A stretch of 63,473 nt of DNA from an uncultured archaeon. Its GTDB lineage: Archaea > Asgardarchaeota > Heimdallarchaeia > Heimdallarchaeales > Kariarchaeaceae. Both the position numbers and the translations under genes were made by a program. Of this stretch, positions 59,880 to 63,473 are shown piece after piece (positions within the stretch are counted from its first letter, which is position 1; the number at the start of each line of letters is the position of its first letter). Under the pieces are notes generated by a model. It worked only from the letters and a program-made list of their open reading frames with translations. It was not told the DNA's origin and ran no database searches. The stretch is from assembly GCA_964645535.1 (NCBI GenBank), contig CAZYCQ010000013.1, forward strand, positions 1 through 63,473. Direction: 5' to 3'.

Positions 59880-60603
59880 AAATGTTCTGAACCAATTGCA
59901 ATATTAGATTTCTATCCTTGCCCCTAGAAGTCTCGACTCCTGAAGATACATCGATTCCATCTGCCCTAGTCACTCGAAGTGCTTCCATTGCATTGGTTGG
60001 GTTGATTCCTCCTGCCACCAAAACTTTCTGTTTGACATTTGGGATTTCCTTCCATTTCCATCTCTTTCCAGTTCCCCCATATCCCTCTTTGTTTACGGCA
60101 TCAACTGTCAAATATAAAAGTTGGAATTTTTCATTCCATAGGATCGGTTTCAGAAATTGTTTCAAGAGCGAATTGTTCGTCATTTCCAATTCATTATAAG
60201 AAATTCCCAGCGCTAAATGTTTCAAAAATTTTGCCTCGATTCTGTCAACAACCTCCGAATCTTCCAGACAATTGCACCTGTGAAATAGAGGATGATTACA
60301 ATCCTCAATCTGGATACCATCAAGAGTTTCCTTTATGAATTGGTCTCTTGCGGATCCATGGAGTTGAAAGTTCAGGGAATATCCCTTAGCATTCAATTGT
60401 TTCCAGACAATAGAATCAACAGTAACTAGGACGCTTCTTCTATCCTCAATAATGTTTTCATTAGAAAGGACATCGCCAAGGTTCAAATTCCTTTTCGATT
60501 TAGGTGAACCTACGACGTAGCCGAGAAAGTCAAGGGGAGGAAGACCATCAACGACACTTGGGTCTTGTAATCCACAAATTTTGATAAGATATTGACTTCC
60601 CAA
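59863..60603 (-). CDS. trpF: Phosphoribosylanthranilate isomerase
   Basis: IKICGL, QLHG, GGTGKRW, AGGINP, DVSSGVE; TTG at 60603 preceded by SD-like gaggggg. Confidence 0.85.
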   Translation of the reverse strand: MGSQYLIKICGLQDPSVVDGLPPLDFLGYVVGSPKSKRNLNLGDVLSNENIIEDRRSVLVTVDSIVWKQLNAKGYSLNFQLHGSARDQFIKETLDGIQIEDCNHPLFHRCNCLEDSEVVDRIEAKFLKHLALGISYNELEMTNNSLLKQFLKPILWNEKFQLLYLTVDAVNKEGYGGTGKRWKWKEIPNVKQKVLVAGGINPTNAMEALRVTRADGIDVSSGVETSRGKDRNLILQLVQNISKTRN

Positions 60604-60914
60604 TGAATCCCCCTCGAATTTGCATTGAAAAATCCCGTTGGGCAAATATAGGGAGATGTGGTTTATTTTGGTGGTAATAATGTTTATCTGCCAATAGAGT
60701 TTCTATTGAAACAAAAGAGGAAAAATAAAAAAAATCCAAAAATCAATTGGCGACTCTGCGAATTTTGATATAATTTGAAATTTTTCAAAATTATCGATGA
60801 TCCCACAATCGAAATTAATATGGATATATTGGATTTGTCCATTTTGAAGGTGAGTATTTGATTGCAAAATACCTCTCTCTTCCAGTTTACATTCCCATTA
60901 TCACTTCCACTGAA

Positions 60915-61391
60915 ATGAAACAAACAATACTTGACCTCCTTTCAAAAATGTCAATGGATTGGGCTGATATTTCCGTTAAGAGGTCTAAGGAGGGGAATCC
61001 TACGGATGAATTTGTCTTGGTGGCTCCTCTTCCAAAAGATAGTCCCAAACAAGGATACAAAATTAGGGGTCAATTTGTAGTAATCTACATTGGATTTTTT
61101 CCGAAAAAACCCATTTATGAAGGAAATACCCCATTGAAATCAGATGTGTGGTTTAATGCCTATCTTATCTTAGACGATGGAAACATAGGGAATATTCCTG
61201 AGTGGGTTTCATTTATTCATTCCATCCAACAAGATCGTTTAGAAAGGAATTCTGTCAACGGGGTGCCTCCCTTTTTGAATTATGCGGTTGGAAAACCTCC
61301 TGCCAAGGGTCAGAAAGGAATCAAGTCTATGACCTCGAGAGAACTTGAAAAGATACTAAAAGAGTTGCATCTGAAAATCCTTAATGCATAG
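60915..61391 (+). CDS. Hypothetical protein
   Basis: Open frame from MKQTILD; no recognised motif. Confidence 0.55.
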   Translation: MKQTILDLLSKMSMDWADISVKRSKEGNPTDEFVLVAPLPKDSPKQGYKIRGQFVVIYIGFFPKKPIYEGNTPLKSDVWFNAYLILDDGNIGNIPEWVSFIHSIQQDRLERNSVNGVPPFLNYAVGKPPAKGQKGIKSMTSRELEKILKELHLKILNA

Positions 61392-61549
61392 GGTTGCATT
61401 GTGTCGATTTTATTATTTTGTTGAACTGACGCGCAAAACTTTTCGACCATTATCTACACCCACGAACTTCTCATCCGAAAAATTTATATTTTGAAAATAC
61501 TATTGTATATTAGTTATAACACAATAAGTATAATAGTGAGGTGGTGCAA

Positions 61550-61897
61550 ATGCTCTCAAGAACCATGAACGAACTTTTCAGACTTCTTTCAGATTTTGAC
61601 TTTACCGACGAACCTATGCTTGAACAACCTTTCAGCCAAGTGATTTACGACAAGGATTCCAAGACTTGGACTGTTGAGATCGAATTGCCTGGCATGGACA
61701 AGAAAGATGTTGACATCAAGGTGGTCGACAGCAATCTGGTTGTTCAAGCCAAGAATGACGAACGCGAATATTCTGTCCGCTATTACCTTGGTGAAGATAT
61801 AGACAGGGACAGCATCGATGCAACAATGGAGAACGGTCTTCTGATCATCAAGGCAAAGCTCCTCACTCCTGAGGAGAAAGTAATCACAATCAATTAA
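61550..61897 (+). CDS. Small heat-shock protein (Hsp20)
   Basis: ELPGMDKKDVDI, ATMENGLLII; SD gaggtg upstream. Confidence 0.9.
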   Translation: MLSRTMNELFRLLSDFDFTDEPMLEQPFSQVIYDKDSKTWTVEIELPGMDKKDVDIKVVDSNLVVQAKNDEREYSVRYYLGEDIDRDSIDATMENGLLIIKAKLLTPEEKVITIN

Positions 61898-61910
61898 GGA
61901 GGTGAATGAA

Positions 61911-62255
61911 ATGGCAGAGGTAGCAATGGTCAAAAAGGAAAACAAAGAAATGACTGAGGCAAAAAGAACTCCACCCCTTCGCACTCCTAGGGTGACTGTA
62001 AACCAGGATCAGGCTAATGACTCCTTCACGCTTTACATTGAAATGCCGGGTATCGGTAAGAAAGATGTTGAACTTTCCATCAAGGAGAACACCATGACCG
62101 TCAAGGGACTGAATGATCGCAGGTTCTTCAAGAGAACCTTTACCTTCCGCAATCCCATCAATCCTGATGATATCGAGGCTTCTATGAAGAACGGCATTCT
62201 TACAGTGACAGTCAAACCCAAGGAACCCAAAGCTCATACCATTGAGATCAAATAA
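61911..62255 (+). CDS. Small heat-shock protein (Hsp20)
   Basis: EMPGIGKKDVEL, ASMKNGILTVTV; SD ggaggtga upstream. Confidence 0.9.
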   Translation: MAEVAMVKKENKEMTEAKRTPPLRTPRVTVNQDQANDSFTLYIEMPGIGKKDVELSIKENTMTVKGLNDRRFFKRTFTFRNPINPDDIEASMKNGILTVTVKPKEPKAHTIEIK

Positions 62256-62327
62256 GCAAATCTTGCGAATGTTCAAGAATAAAATCTTTAAATGCGGTTA
62301 GCCCCTACTTAAAGTGGAGCGAACCTA

Positions 62328-62516
62328 ATGAAAGCATGCAGACGTTGTAGGACAATCAACCATGACAAAAACAACCCTCGATGTGTGGAATGCAATTCAA
62401 CCGATTTGACAACTGAATTTTCAGGAGTAGTCTACATTATTGACCCAGAAAAATCTGAAATCGCCAAAAAACTTCAGATTGATACTCCTGGCGAGTATGC
62501 TTTAAGAGTTAGATAA
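62328..62516 (+). CDS. spt4: Transcription elongation factor Spt4 (RpoE'')
   Basis: KACRRC..CVEC, IIDPEKSEIAKKL, PGEYALRVR. Confidence 0.96.
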   Translation: MKACRRCRTINHDKNNPRCVECNSTDLTTEFSGVVYIIDPEKSEIAKKLQIDTPGEYALRVR

Positions 62517-62517
62517 T

Positions 62518-63051
62518 ATGCAAATCAAGACCTTGAAGCTTCCTCAGGAGCTACGATCTGAACTGGCAAAACCGATGGGGGAACTTCTCAAAGGGTCAGC
62601 AGAGGCTAATGCGCCACGGATTGAGCAGTTTCTAAAAAAGCATTCCATCAGATATGCAGTGGCCATTGGGGATGTAGTCAGTGAGGCTCTTGTCAATCAT
62701 GGATTTTTCCCTCAGGTCCTAGTCACTGATGGACAGACCAAACGACAGAGTATTGGATATGACCTGGAATTTCCTGGCTATGAACTTGTCCGGGTTGCAT
62801 CGCCTCCTGCTGTCATTTCTGCAGAAGCATGGCTTGCGATCCGGCAATTGTGCCGTGTTTTGGAAACAGAAACGCGTGTCCACTTGGTTGTTGATGGTGA
62901 AGAGGATCTTCTCGCGTTGCCATTTATCTTGGAACTTCCGCTCAATTCCGCGGTGATATATGGTCAACCGAACGAGGGTGCTGTCGTAATACCAGTAACA
63001 CAATCAAAGAAATTTTTAATAGAGAATCTTATGGAGAAAATGGAGAGTTAA
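62518..63051 (+). CDS. GTP-dependent dephospho-CoA kinase (DUF359)
   Basis: LRSELAKPMG, IGDVVS, DGQTKR, VDGEEDLL, YGQPNEG. Confidence 0.92.
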   Translation: MQIKTLKLPQELRSELAKPMGELLKGSAEANAPRIEQFLKKHSIRYAVAIGDVVSEALVNHGFFPQVLVTDGQTKRQSIGYDLEFPGYELVRVASPPAVISAEAWLAIRQLCRVLETETRVHLVVDGEEDLLALPFILELPLNSAVIYGQPNEGAVVIPVTQSKKFLIENLMEKMES

Positions 63052-63053
63052 CC

Positions 63054-63353
63054 ATGGAAGTAAACATCCTAGAAGAAAAAAAGAATCCGCTGCTAGATCG
63101 GTTGGAAATTATTGCGGAACTGAGCTTCCCCAATGAAGCCACCCCTAGCCGCGAAGCGGTCATCAGCAGAATGTCTGCACTTCTCAACACAGACAAAGAC
63201 AGGTTTGTCCTTAGGGAAATCAAGACAAGATTTGGGGAGAACAAAGCAATTGCTTACGCCAGAATCTATGATTCTCCTGAAATCGCCATGAAATTGGAGC
63301 ACCAATATATCCTGAAAAGGAACAAACTGATAGGAGAGGACGGAAATGAGTGA
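63054..63353 (+). CDS. rps24e: 30S ribosomal protein S24e
   Basis: KNPLLDRLE, TPSR, TRFG, YARIY. Confidence 0.95.
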   Translation: MEVNILEEKKNPLLDRLEIIAELSFPNEATPSREAVISRMSALLNTDKDRFVLREIKTRFGENKAIAYARIYDSPEIAMKLEHQYILKRNKLIGEDGNE

Positions 63354-63473
63354 ATCCAAATATTTCAAGGTAGAAGGCGACAGCCTAAAACGACTCAAGA
63401 AGAGTTGTCCTGAATGCGGTGAGGGCTACTTCATGGCTGAGCACAAAGACAGATTCACCTGCGGGCACTGTGG
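63346..63473 (+). CDS. rps27ae: 30S ribosomal protein S27ae, 3'-partial
   Basis: Read by hand: MSESKYFKVEGDSLKRLKKSCPECGEGYFMAEHKDRFTCGHC. Confidence 0.93.
   Translation, partial: MSESKYFKVEGDSLKRLKKSCPECGEGYFMAEHKDRFTCGHC

Overview
Gene-dense archaeal chromosomal segment, most likely from an Asgard archaeon (Heimdallarchaeia-like; this is inferred from gene content). Archaeal information genes (rpl44e, priS, priL, rps6e, eIF2-gamma, rpoE1, spt4, rps24e, rps27ae) sit with two small GTPases, a long cytoplasmic LRR protein, a TPR protein and a bacterial/eukaryotic-type MetK. Metabolic genes cover acyl-CoA and isoprenoid chemistry (CoA ligase, two thiolase/DUF35 modules, acyl-CoA dehydrogenase, geranylgeranyl reductase), scattered aromatic amino-acid genes, an ABC exporter pair and tandem small heat-shock proteins. 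I saw no rRNA, tRNA, CRISPR array, integrase or transposase. The most notable observations are: (1) the conserved rps6e-eif2g-PIN-rpoE1-spt4-DPCK-rps24e-rps27ae cluster is split by about 31 kb; (2) three unrelated secreted proteins share a C-terminal hydrophobic segment ending P-[LV]-I-[RK]-K, a candidate sorting signal; (3) a TrpY-like regulator lies divergent from trpEG with TGTACA-type boxes; (4) a small DPM2/PIG-P-like membrane protein; (5) an exported, membrane-anchored LanC-like barrel; (6) a poly-Lys extension on eIF2-gamma; (7) a structured leader of about 75 nt upstream of a coiled-coil gene; (8) an AroD-AroE-like fusion with eroded catalytic motifs. All family calls come from motif recognition by eye; no searches were run.
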